Below, one piece after another: positions 27,476 through 35,870 of a DNA stretch of 64,000 nt. The notes beneath the pieces were generated by a model. The model made no database searches and was not told where the DNA came from. It was given only the letters and a program-made list of their open reading frames with translations. The DNA comes from a virus: the UHGV virus genome UHGV-0253196, one strand, 5' to 3'. The translations under genes were made by a program, and so were the position numbers. Position 1 is the stretch's first letter; each line of letters starts with the position of its first letter.

Positions 27476-28372
27476 ATGGCTTTAAAAGACTACTATTCGG
27501 CAATGAATAAGACAGACAGTTTTGTCATTAAACCGCTGGACATTTACCTTATGTCCTTGAATAAAGAAGACAATGACAGGGCTATTGATGTTAATGCACC
27601 TTCACAGATTGGGACGTGTATGCGCGCTAGATACTATGCGCGTACCAAGACCGAGAAAGACGGGTGTGCAGTGAGCGCAAGAGCAAGACGAATATTTGAT
27701 AACGGGAGCGGTATGCATGAAAGAATACAGCACTACCTCACAGAACAAGGTATGCTGGTGTTAGACGAGATACCCGTTGTTAATGACAAGTACAACATAC
27801 AGGGACACACAGACGGTCTTCTTGACTGTGTAGACGCGCACCGTGTGTTAGAGTTAAAGTCCATGAATGACCGGGAATTTAATAATCTTAAGAAACCAAA
27901 AGACGAACACGTTATGCAGGGTCTTGTGTACGTGTTCTGTATTGAAACCCGGAGGAAATATTTACACCAGAGATACAAGACCTATGAGCAGTTTTTAATC
28001 TGTAAAGCGGCACGTATGAGAAGTTACGCTAAATACTATCAGCATTTGAAAGGAGGTAGAAAACACACCCGTGAAGAAAAGATTAGGTTCCAGTGTGAGT
28101 TACACAATAAGATGGACAGAATCTTAATGAAAGTGAACAAGCCTATCACTGATGTGGTGTTTCTTTATGAGAACAAGAACAACCAGGACTTGAAAGAGTT
28201 CCTTGTAAGCACCAAAGAGGCCCAATCAAAGGTCATTCTCAAAAACATACTTGATGATTGTGTTTATCTCAATGAGTGTGTGCGGCGTAAGAAAGTACCA
28301 CAGAGAGAATTTGAAAGCAGGTCAAGTCAAGGGTGTAAGTATTGTAACTACAAGACAGAGTGTTGGCTATAA
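27476..28372 (+). CDS. Cas4/RecB-family PD-(D/E)xK exonuclease with a C-terminal Fe-S cysteine cluster
   Basis: N-terminal Cys (GTCMRARYY). D/E...ELK core (HTDGLLD...LELKSMN). C-terminal CKYCNYKTEC. Confidence 0.6.
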   Translation: MALKDYYSAMNKTDSFVIKPLDIYLMSLNKEDNDRAIDVNAPSQIGTCMRARYYARTKTEKDGCAVSARARRIFDNGSGMHERIQHYLTEQGMLVLDEIPVVNDKYNIQGHTDGLLDCVDAHRVLELKSMNDREFNNLKKPKDEHVMQGLVYVFCIETRRKYLHQRYKTYEQFLICKAARMRSYAKYYQHLKGGRKHTREEKIRFQCELHNKMDRILMKVNKPITDVVFLYENKNNQDLKEFLVSTKEAQSKVILKNILDDCVYLNECVRRKKVPQREFESRSSQGCKYCNYKTECWL

Positions 28373-28389
28373 GAAAGGAGAATTAAGTT

Positions 28390-28665
28390 ATGACAAGAGA
28401 ATTAAAGGCGGCAATAGAAGACCTCAAAGAAGGTATTAATTTAATGTCAGAAGCCATTATCACTATAGTTACAGAGGTAGCAAAAGTGATTGACGAGGAA
28501 GACATAGATATTGACAGTGAAGAAGACCTTGAAGGATTTGTAGAAAGATTTTTAGAGACACCAGAAGAAGACCTTCCAGAGTTAGAGGAAATCACGGACG
28601 AAAACCCTGTAAACTCACGCGAAACACTGATAATTGAAGACGAGGATATAAGAGCATGGGACTAA
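28390..28665 (+). CDS. hypothetical acidic protein
   Basis: RBS AAGGAGAA. Confidence 0.45.
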   Translation: MTRELKAAIEDLKEGINLMSEAIITIVTEVAKVIDEEDIDIDSEEDLEGFVERFLETPEEDLPELEEITDENPVNSRETLIIEDEDIRAWD

Positions 28666-29213
28666 AGCCGAAACAGAAACAGCCACCTAACACCCCTACC
28701 AAAAAAGTTAATCCCCACCAGCTACACAAAAACTACATGGCAAACATGGAAGAACAGCTTAACAAAGAAGACATAGTGTTGTTTGACGAGGAACTACTAA
28801 ACGTAGACCAGGACTTTTTAAGTCTTCCATCACGTATCACAGAAGTACACCCAAAAGAACTAGGTGAATACTTAAGTGCATTTACACAGTACAAAATGTA
28901 CGTGAGGACTATACTGTCCCGCACTGAATTGTGTATCGAGGAAAAGAAAAGGGTATATACAGACGTGAGTAATCCTTACTACCGGGAATACACACAGTCC
29001 AGGTTATCAGAACGCGCAAAAGACCAGCTTGTGCAGAGTGAGCCGGAGGTGCAAGAAAGCTACTATGAATTGGTAGACTACATCAATAAGTCTAACACCC
29101 TAAAGAGTGTGTTAGAAAACATAGAGGACGCTATCTTTTTAATAAGTCGTGAAATATCCCGCAGAACAGGTGATATGAAGGACGAGAATAGACAGCACAA
29201 TGTAGGTAGATAG
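28656..29213 (+). CDS. hypothetical protein
   Basis: Overlaps the upstream stop. Confidence 0.45.
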   Translation: MGLKPKQKQPPNTPTKKVNPHQLHKNYMANMEEQLNKEDIVLFDEELLNVDQDFLSLPSRITEVHPKELGEYLSAFTQYKMYVRTILSRTELCIEEKKRVYTDVSNPYYREYTQSRLSERAKDQLVQSEPEVQESYYELVDYINKSNTLKSVLENIEDAIFLISREISRRTGDMKDENRQHNVGR

Positions 29214-29223
29214 TCAGTGTTTT

Positions 29224-29251
29224 AGTGCGTCTGAAATATGACGCACTTTTC
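29224..29251 (+). terminator. rho-independent terminator (AGTGCGTC..GACGCACT followed by TTTT)
   Basis: Perfect 8-bp stem. Confidence 0.65.
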
Positions 29252-29253
29252 AT

Positions 29254-29282
29254 TTGCTTAAATACATATAATGCGGTATAAT
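29254..29282 (+). promoter_or_regulatory. sigma-A-type promoter TTGCTT-17-TATAAT
   Basis: Read directly from the sequence. The track ATG at 29271 lies inside this promoter, so the real start is moved to TTG 29319. Confidence 0.55.
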
Positions 29283-29318
29283 GATAACCACAATAAAGTG
29301 CAGAAAGGAGTTAAGAAA

Positions 29319-29795
29319 TTGCCAAAGTTAAAGATTAACAGTAAGGGTGCAGAGAACAAAGAAAAAGTGCACAGAGAAGCCCAGAGAAGGGGAAAGAGAA
29401 ACAAAGTCAAAGGTGGTGAGTATGAACGCAAAGTTGCTGAAATACTCAAAGGTATGTTAGGTGTTGAGTTTGTGAGAACACCGCAGAGCGGAGGGTTTGC
29501 AAAGAAATCGGACGCAAACACCAAAGACTTTAGAGGTGACATTATACCGCTTGACGCAGACGTTGAGACGGTCTTGCATATAGAGTGCAAGAACTATAAG
29601 AACTGGGCCATGCCAAAGTGGGTAGCACAGGCTGAGAGTGATTGTCCCAAAGGTAAGATTCCTTGTATTATCTTCCACAAGTACGGAACCTCACGGGACT
29701 ATATCGTGTTAGACCTCAAACACTTCTTAAAACTTATCCATATCCCGGAGGTTATCATAAAGACCGTGACAAAGAAAAGGGGTGCTAGTAAATGA
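29319..29795 (+). CDS. PD-(D/E)xK nuclease (RecU/Hjc-like), paralogue of 26571..27092
   Basis: EYERKVAEILKG...FRGDIIPLDADVETVLHIECK. RBS GAAAGGAG lies 8 nt upstream of TTG. Confidence 0.5.
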   Translation: MPKLKINSKGAENKEKVHREAQRRGKRNKVKGGEYERKVAEILKGMLGVEFVRTPQSGGFAKKSDANTKDFRGDIIPLDADVETVLHIECKNYKNWAMPKWVAQAESDCPKGKIPCIIFHKYGTSRDYIVLDLKHFLKLIHIPEVIIKTVTKKRGASK

Positions 29796-30166
29796 TGGTG
29801 TTGTTAAATGTAAGCTGGGCTATTGTAGCGTGTGTGATTGCGCGATACCTTTACAAACACCCAATTTTAAGAATACATGGTCGTTCAATGTACCCCACAT
29901 ACAAAGATGGTGATGTTGTGCTGGGCTTAAGATACAACTACAAACACTGTGACATAAGACAAGGTTCTGTAGTTGTAGTGAATAGTCCGAATGGTGTTAA
30001 AGCCATAAAGAGAGCCACAGCGTTTAAGTACAAAGAAGGTATTATGTATGTGTGGGTTGAGGGTGATAACCCCAGTGAAAGTTATGACAGCAGAAACTAC
30101 GGGTGGTTGACTACAAAAGACATTGTAGCGATTGACCCTAAACCAAGAGTAAAGGAGAAAGTATAA
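29792..30166 (+). CDS. type I signal peptidase (S26 family, SipW-like)
   Basis: N-terminal transmembrane segment. GRSMYPT matches the catalytic Ser box. GDNPSESYDSRNYG matches SPase box E. Confidence 0.7.
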   Translation: MMVLLNVSWAIVACVIARYLYKHPILRIHGRSMYPTYKDGDVVLGLRYNYKHCDIRQGSVVVVNSPNGVKAIKRATAFKYKEGIMYVWVEGDNPSESYDSRNYGWLTTKDIVAIDPKPRVKEKV

Positions 30167-30168
30167 CC

Positions 30169-30468
30169 ATGGGTAAGACAGAAAACACCAACACCGAAGG
30201 AGTTACCATTGTCCATGTTTCCTCAGACACCAACGTGCAGAAGTTGGCAGGTAGTCTTTTAACTGCCATTGAAAATAGCACCGCTGTAGAGGTGAGAGCG
30301 ATTGGTGCCGGGGCAGTGAACCAGATGTATAAAGCTATCGCAAGTGCGAGAGGTTATGTTGCGCGTAAAGGACGTGACCTGTATATAAGACCCGGCTTTG
30401 ATGAAGTCATTGAAGAAGGTTCTGAAAAGACAAAGACCGTCATGGTCGCAAGACTTATTGTGATGTAA
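30169..30468 (+). CDS. SpoVS-like (stage V sporulation protein S) homologue
   Basis: AIGAGAVNQMYKAIASARGYVARKGRDLYIRPGF...TKTVMVARLIV aligns along the whole bacterial SpoVS. Confidence 0.7.
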   Translation: MGKTENTNTEGVTIVHVSSDTNVQKLAGSLLTAIENSTAVEVRAIGAGAVNQMYKAIASARGYVARKGRDLYIRPGFDEVIEEGSEKTKTVMVARLIVM

Positions 30469-30488
30469 GACCGAAAGGAGAAGTCATA

Positions 30489-30698
30489 ATGAGCAAGATA
30501 TTGGGGTATTTCACAGAAGACGAGATTTATTACCACGGAAAGAAACAACCACCTAGAAAGACCAAAATAATAGCCATAGGGTGTAACCCAATGTTTAGTA
30601 TTGAAGACTACGCCGAAGATGAAGATATACAGGTGTTAAGTGAAGACGAAAATTGGTACACCATAAAGAAGAAAGACATAATATTAGGGGAGTGTTAA
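30489..30698 (+). CDS. hypothetical protein
   Basis: RBS AAAGGAGAAG. Confidence 0.45.
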   Translation: MSKILGYFTEDEIYYHGKKQPPRKTKIIAIGCNPMFSIEDYAEDEDIQVLSEDENWYTIKKKDIILGEC

Positions 30699-30699
30699 T

Positions 30700-31086
30700 A
30701 TGAAAACGAGTATTACAAAAATGTTCACCTTTGAAGCGGCACACAGATTACCTAACTATGTAGGTGCGTGCGCTAATCTTCACGGTCATTCTTATAAACT
30801 TGCCGTGACTGTCACCACAGATAAGCCTTTAAATAAAGACCGCAACGCAACGGGTATGATAATGGATTTTAAAGTCCTCAAAGACATTGTGAACCGAAAG
30901 GTTGTCGGCCCGTTAGACCATTCACTGTTAAATGACTTTTACTACAACCCCACCGCCGAGATTATGGTAGAAGACTTTGCCGCGAATATACAGGCAGGAC
31001 TTGATGATTTTGATGAAAGTGTGTACGTTTCAAACATTAAGTTGTGGGAGACCGAAGACAGCTATGCAGAGTGGTCGAGAGACTAG
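30700..31086 (+). CDS. queD: 6-carboxy-5,6,7,8-tetrahydropterin synthase QueD
   Basis: PTPS-fold signature FTFEAAHRLPNY...CANLHGHSY. 128 aa. Confidence 0.8.
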   Translation: MKTSITKMFTFEAAHRLPNYVGACANLHGHSYKLAVTVTTDKPLNKDRNATGMIMDFKVLKDIVNRKVVGPLDHSLLNDFYYNPTAEIMVEDFAANIQAGLDDFDESVYVSNIKLWETEDSYAEWSRD

Positions 31087-31103
31087 AGAAAGAGGTGTTG
31101 TAT

Positions 31104-31745
31104 ATGATGTTCTATCATGAGATATTTTTATCTATACAGGGTGAATCCAGTGACGCAGGACGCCCTTGTATATTTGTAAGAATGTACGGCTGTCCGATTG
31201 GGTGTTCATATTGCGACCAGCCCCAGGAAAAGAGTGACAGAAAGCGTATTGGTGTTGACACCATGTTATCAAAGATATACGCATTGAAGTGTAAGAACGT
31301 GTGCTTCACAGGTGGAGAACCTATGATTTACGCGCAGGAACTTATACCCGTGTTTATCGAACTTACCGACCGGGGCTACACCGTGTCCGTAGAGACCAGC
31401 GGGTGTGTAGAGTTAGAGTCTTACCCCGTGAGAAGGTCATTTAAGTACGTGATGGATATTAAATGCCCCAGTAGTGAGGTGTCAGAGAAGAACATTTACA
31501 GAAACCTTGCGTACTTACAGCCACATGACGAGGTGAAGTTTGTCGTGGCAGACGAGAAGGACTACCAATTTGCCCGTAACGTGTTAAAGCGTTATAATAC
31601 CAGTGCGCAAATTTTATTTAGTCCCATGTTTGACACAGACGGCAAAGCAGTGATAGGACAAGAACTTGTGAACTGGATTTTGAGAGACAAGCTGTTTAAT
31701 GCCCGGGTTCAGATTCAGTTACACAAAATTCTGTCAGTGAGGTAA
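31104..31745 (+). CDS. queE: 7-carboxy-7-deazaguanine synthase QueE (radical SAM)
   Basis: IFLSIQGESSDAGRPCIFVRMYGCPIGCSYCD is a QueE-type N-terminus with a CxxxCxxC cluster. GGEP motif. RBS AGAGGTG. Confidence 0.8.
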   Translation: MMFYHEIFLSIQGESSDAGRPCIFVRMYGCPIGCSYCDQPQEKSDRKRIGVDTMLSKIYALKCKNVCFTGGEPMIYAQELIPVFIELTDRGYTVSVETSGCVELESYPVRRSFKYVMDIKCPSSEVSEKNIYRNLAYLQPHDEVKFVVADEKDYQFARNVLKRYNTSAQILFSPMFDTDGKAVIGQELVNWILRDKLFNARVQIQLHKILSVR

Positions 31746-31749
31746 ACAC

Positions 31750-32472
31750 ATGATTGGAAAACGTAACCCAGAAAAAGACCAAGACTATTACAATGGTCTG
31801 ATTGAGAGTATATGGTATAATCTAGTAGAGGTTAAATCAGAACTTACAGGTATTAAAGAGGAAGTAAACAAAGACCATCCATTTAAAGAAGACCCAGGAC
31901 ACCTTAGTGCTGAAAGATTACCCGTAAAGAAAAATACTATTAGGGAGCACTTAAAGGAGGGTTATCTTCCTAAAAGACCCGTTAAGGTGTTCAGTAACCG
32001 GGACGAAGCATATGATTGTTTATACTACTGGTTAGAGAAGTTATATCTTACCGATTGGGCCATAAAACTTAAATTCGTGCGGATAAATGAAGAACCACTT
32101 AATGACGAACAGTCTGGCGACGTACGCAGAGTATTTGAGCAGAAAGCGGCGATAATCACCCTTCCATTGCCAGACGATAACTTTCTTGACGCTTGCAAAA
32201 GCAGTGTTGCGAGAGTGGGCCACGAACAGTCTTTGGTGCATGAGTTATTGCACTTAAAGGAAGACCCTGTACAGTTTGTAGAAGATGGTGATTATACCGC
32301 CGGGTTCTATAACATACACAAACACAATGAAGTTGAAATGATGGCAAGAACACTGTTAATGGTGAAGTACAACTTATCGCCGTCTTACTTCAATAACGTA
32401 GACAGAAAGGAGAACGACAATGGCTTGTGGCACAAAGAAACCGAAGACACCGAAGAAACCCAAAAAGAATAA
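31750..32472 (+). CDS. hypothetical protein with an HExxH motif (HELLH)
   Basis: SLVHELLHL. It lies inside the deazaguanine cluster. Confidence 0.4.
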   Translation: MIGKRNPEKDQDYYNGLIESIWYNLVEVKSELTGIKEEVNKDHPFKEDPGHLSAERLPVKKNTIREHLKEGYLPKRPVKVFSNRDEAYDCLYYWLEKLYLTDWAIKLKFVRINEEPLNDEQSGDVRRVFEQKAAIITLPLPDDNFLDACKSSVARVGHEQSLVHELLHLKEDPVQFVEDGDYTAGFYNIHKHNEVEMMARTLLMVKYNLSPSYFNNVDRKENDNGLWHKETEDTEETQKE

Positions 32473-32487
32473 GAAGTAGGACAACCG

Positions 32488-32518
32488 AAGACCTGTGCTA
32501 ATAAAGACAGGTCTTTTC
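32488..32518 (+). terminator. stem-loop (AAGACCTGT..ACAGGTCTT followed by TT)
   Basis: Perfect 9-bp stem. Confidence 0.5.
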
Positions 32519-32520
32519 GT

Positions 32521-32847
32521 ATGAAAGGAATACATGACATGGGACAGATATCAAAATTAGCTGAAAATGCGTATGAAACCGCAGTTGCGCACGGTTGGTA
32601 TGACACACCAGTTTCGTTTGGTGAGGAAGTTGTGTTGTGTCACAGTGAGTTATCCGAAGCACTACAGGAGTTTAGAGTAGGAGGGTTTGGAACACGTAAA
32701 GACAAGATAACTGAGGAACTAGCAGACACAGTTATAAGGATTTTTACTCTAAGTTCAAGACACCAGCTTGACATTGAAGCGGCAATATTAAAGAAGATGG
32801 AAAAGAACAAAGACAGACCATACAGACATGGAGGAAAGTTACTATGA
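32521..32847 (+). CDS. MazG-like nucleoside triphosphate pyrophosphohydrolase (start may be ATG 32539)
   Basis: EExxE...EELAD motifs: CHSELSEALQEFR, EELADTVIRIF. Confidence 0.6.
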   Translation: MKGIHDMGQISKLAENAYETAVAHGWYDTPVSFGEEVVLCHSELSEALQEFRVGGFGTRKDKITEELADTVIRIFTLSSRHQLDIEAAILKKMEKNKDRPYRHGGKLL

Positions 32848-34559
32848 GTAAACCAGTTGTAGTATTAAATAGTGGAGGTTTTGACAGCACCGTATTGTTA
32901 CATTATGTAAAAGAGGTTGAAGAAGACAGTCTTGTATACTCACTGTTTTTTGAATACGGTCAGCGTTCCATGGAACAAGAAAGACGCTGTGCGCGTAAAA
33001 ACTCTGTAGACCTTGACGCGCAGTATATAGGTGTCAGTCTTCCAAAGATATACTGGACTGGCAGTGACTTCTATAATGAGGGAGGGTTTAAGGTAGACAA
33101 GCAGTATCTTGAAATGAGAAATTTAATTTTTCTGTCATATGCTCTTTCCTTTGCAGAGAGTGTAGGTGCAGAAAAGGTTTATCTTGCAGTGCTGAAATCA
33201 CACCACGGGTATCCAGACACATCACCTAGATTTATTAGTGCTATGAATGAGGTATCGAATATAATAGGTGTTAGTATTGAAGCACCATTTATAGAGAGTG
33301 ACAAATACAACCTTGTTGGTCTTGCTTACAAGTACGGCATTACTGAAAACGACTTTCACAGTTGTGATAAACCTACTACAGACGGGAAACCGTGTGGCGT
33401 GTGTGATGATTGTGAGGTAGTAAAAGAAATCATGTCCCAGTTAGAGTTAAAACACCCACGGGACGTAAAGTTTAGTCCAAGAGGAACACATGAACAGTAT
33501 GAGACCGTCTATAAAGAGTACCCGGTGAGTGAGTTAAGATTCACCATAAATAACAGGTGCCAGTTTAGTTGCGCTCATTGTTACTACGGATATGAGACTT
33601 CACACCGGGAAGACCTATCAGAGAAGGAACTTACTGAATTTGCTATCAGACTTCACAAGCAGTTTGGGTTTAAGAGTATTCACTATTGCGGCAAAGAACC
33701 TATGATTGATAGCGCGATATTTGATTCCATAAGGACACTTAGGAAGGTGTTACCCGTTGACATTGAATACAGTGTTGTAACAAACGGCTTAACTGTGACT
33801 GAATACTATGAGCAGTTAGTGAATGAAAGGTTGTTAGACAAGGTGTTCCTGTCCGTTGATGATATTGAGACAGTGACGGATAAAGAACAGAAGTTACGAA
33901 ACACCAGTAGGCATATATTAAATGCTATAGACTTCCTGGTTACGAATAAAGTTCCGTTACAAGTGTTTATTGACCTTCACAAAGGTAACTACAACTACAT
34001 CAATGAAATGTTGTATCAGTTAGTGAAGTTAGGTGTTAGAGAGTTTTTCGTCCGGGCAATAATGCCAATAGGTAACGCCGAAGACCTTGAACCTCTGTCC
34101 ATAGCAGAGATAGCGGAAGTGTACAGTAAACTTAAGAGGTTGACAAACTATTACCACACCACCGTTAAAGACTTTAAAGTACTTCTTACTTTAGGTAAAG
34201 ACGTTATAGTCCGTATGCAGGAGCGTGACATTGACGATATGACAAAAGACGAGGAAGACTTAATAGAAATGGTTGCAAAGTCTTTAGAGTATAACACAGA
34301 CGTTGTTGTGCCGGGAATGAGTATATACCCGGAGGAAGTTTGCACACAGTTTCTTGATACTCTTACCCTTACATCAGACGGGTATGTGTTAGGCTGTACT
34401 TCCGCTGTAAGCTGTAGTGAGTACTGGAAACACAGCGCGTTTGATATAAATACACCAGACGAGGACTTCAAGAATCGTTTGATTGAAGCAAGAAGTAAGG
34501 TGTTAGAGTATGACGGTGAAAATTGTCCATTTTCTTGTCCCAAAAGTATTGACATTTAA
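32844..34559 (+). CDS. queC: fusion protein: QueC (7-cyano-7-deazaguanine synthase) N-terminal domain plus a radical SAM domain with a SPASM/twitch-like C-terminal Cys cluster
   Basis: N-terminus has VVLNSGGFDST (PP-loop) and the QueC zinc motif CDKPTTDGKPCGVCDDC. Residues from about 225 onwards have CQFSCAHCYYG (Cx3Cx2C), GKEPM, and C-terminal GCTSAVSC...CPFSC. Confidence 0.7.
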   Translation: MSKPVVVLNSGGFDSTVLLHYVKEVEEDSLVYSLFFEYGQRSMEQERRCARKNSVDLDAQYIGVSLPKIYWTGSDFYNEGGFKVDKQYLEMRNLIFLSYALSFAESVGAEKVYLAVLKSHHGYPDTSPRFISAMNEVSNIIGVSIEAPFIESDKYNLVGLAYKYGITENDFHSCDKPTTDGKPCGVCDDCEVVKEIMSQLELKHPRDVKFSPRGTHEQYETVYKEYPVSELRFTINNRCQFSCAHCYYGYETSHREDLSEKELTEFAIRLHKQFGFKSIHYCGKEPMIDSAIFDSIRTLRKVLPVDIEYSVVTNGLTVTEYYEQLVNERLLDKVFLSVDDIETVTDKEQKLRNTSRHILNAIDFLVTNKVPLQVFIDLHKGNYNYINEMLYQLVKLGVREFFVRAIMPIGNAEDLEPLSIAEIAEVYSKLKRLTNYYHTTVKDFKVLLTLGKDVIVRMQERDIDDMTKDEEDLIEMVAKSLEYNTDVVVPGMSIYPEEVCTQFLDTLTLTSDGYVLGCTSAVSCSEYWKHSAFDINTPDEDFKNRLIEARSKVLEYDGENCPFSCPKSIDI

Positions 34560-34576
34560 TACTCATGGTGTATAAT
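34549..34576 (+). promoter_or_regulatory. sigma-A-type promoter TTGACA-16-TATAAT embedded in the 3' end of the queC-fusion gene
   Basis: Read directly from the sequence. A 6-bp hairpin (GTAGGT..ACCTAC) lies in the leader. Confidence 0.55.
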
Positions 34577-34665
34577 TGTATTCAGAGATTTAGGAATGGC
34601 GTAGGTCTTCCGTATTTACCTACAGCCTAGTCCCTTGCTCACAATACGATAAGGAGGTAAACACC

Positions 34666-34842
34666 ATGATGAATGTTTACGCAGAATCCCCCAAAGGTGG
34701 CGGGCGTGCCGCTGGTGGTAATGCACAGCAGACTGCACCCGCACCGACCAGAGGTGGAGTAAGAGCCACACTGGGTAGAGCGGCTACAGGTGCAAGAAAC
34801 GCGCTGAACAGGATTATTCGTCCCAGAGGACGTAACCGTTAA
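34666..34842 (+). CDS. small Gly/Ala/Arg-rich basic protein (58 aa), markedly GC-rich, not in the track
   Basis: Strong RBS AAGGAGGT lies 8 nt upstream of ATGATG. It has its own promoter and terminator. Confidence 0.4.
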   Translation: MMNVYAESPKGGGRAAGGNAQQTAPAPTRGGVRATLGRAATGARNALNRIIRPRGRNR

Positions 34843-34864
34843 TCAGTCCCGCACCAAGAAAGAG

Positions 34865-34898
34865 AGAAGTCCTAATAAACTGGGACTTCTTTTCTTTT
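34865..34898 (+). terminator. rho-independent terminator (AGAAGTCC..GGACTTCT followed by TTTCTTTT)
   Basis: Read directly from the sequence. Confidence 0.65.
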
Positions 34899-34944
34899 AC
34901 CCGGATTTATGTTATACTGTCTTAAAAAGAAAGGAGACAACACA

Positions 34945-35199
34945 ATGTATATTGAATCACCAAGAGACAAAGAAGGAGTTAGAGACTGGGAAGCAGAAGA
35001 AGACGCACAGGCTTTATTAAAAGCCCGCCAAATTAACTCAGACCCCGTGAGAAAAGCGAAAGCACAGGCGGTTATAAGGAGTACCCAGGCCACGTTACAA
35101 GGTGCGTTGACTGGGACACCTCCTGTAAACACACCGAGTTCAAGAAATAACCCCGCCACTATCGGACAGTTAAACATTCCCGGCAGAAACAAAAGATAA
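34945..35199 (+). CDS. hypothetical protein
   Basis: RBS AAAGGAGACA precedes ATG 34945. Confidence 0.4.
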   Translation: MYIESPRDKEGVRDWEAEEDAQALLKARQINSDPVRKAKAQAVIRSTQATLQGALTGTPPVNTPSSRNNPATIGQLNIPGRNKR

Positions 35200-35254
35200 C
35201 ACCAGAACACCACAAACACATTATATACTTACAGAAGACAGAAAGGAATCGCGC

Positions 35255-35806
35255 ATGAACGATAAATACAATTTGAGTTCAAAAGAGCAGGAGATAGCCA
35301 GCCATATAAAAGGTATAATGAGTTTGCTAGGTATTGAGGAAACACCATCAAACATAGACACCCCAAAGCGGATAGCGAAAATGTATAGCCGCGAAGTGTT
35401 TAGCAGTGAAGGTAAAGACCTAGCCGAACTTGACGCACAAATGACTACTTTCATTAACACGGATTTAAGTTCAATGCCCGTGACAATGACCGGGATTAAG
35501 TTTAGTTCCATGTGTGCACACCACTGGCTACCATTTTTCGGTGAAGTAGAGATAAGCTACACACCGTTTACCAAAGTGATTGGGTTGTCAAAACTGCCGC
35601 GAGTTGTGAAGTGGTTCAGTAAAAAGCCACAGACCCAGGAAGAAATGACGAAAGAGATAGGGAACTACTTAGCAGTGTTCCTTAATCCCCGTAAACTGTC
35701 CGTGAAGGTAACAGCATTGCATACTTGCGTAGCGTGTAGGGGAATTGAGAGCGTAGGGACAGAGACCATAACTGAATACAGATATAACAGAGGGGAAGAC
35801 GCTTAA
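35255..35806 (+). CDS. folE: GTP cyclohydrolase I FolE
   Basis: MCAHHWLPFFGEVEISYTP matches CEHHLVPF. GLSKLPRVVKWFSKKPQTQEEMT matches GLSKLxR...QERLT. Confidence 0.8.
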   Translation: MNDKYNLSSKEQEIASHIKGIMSLLGIEETPSNIDTPKRIAKMYSREVFSSEGKDLAELDAQMTTFINTDLSSMPVTMTGIKFSSMCAHHWLPFFGEVEISYTPFTKVIGLSKLPRVVKWFSKKPQTQEEMTKEIGNYLAVFLNPRKLSVKVTALHTCVACRGIESVGTETITEYRYNRGEDA

Positions 35807-35870
35807 CGGCGTCTTTTCTTTTGCGCGCAATATGATATAATAAGTACATAACTTATGAAAGAGGTGAACC

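Noticed and set aside
34600-34665. Leader hairpin GTAGGT..ACCTAC considered as a preQ1 riboswitch
   Set aside because: It does not match the preQ1-I or preQ1-II consensus, and the downstream gene is not a queuosine gene.
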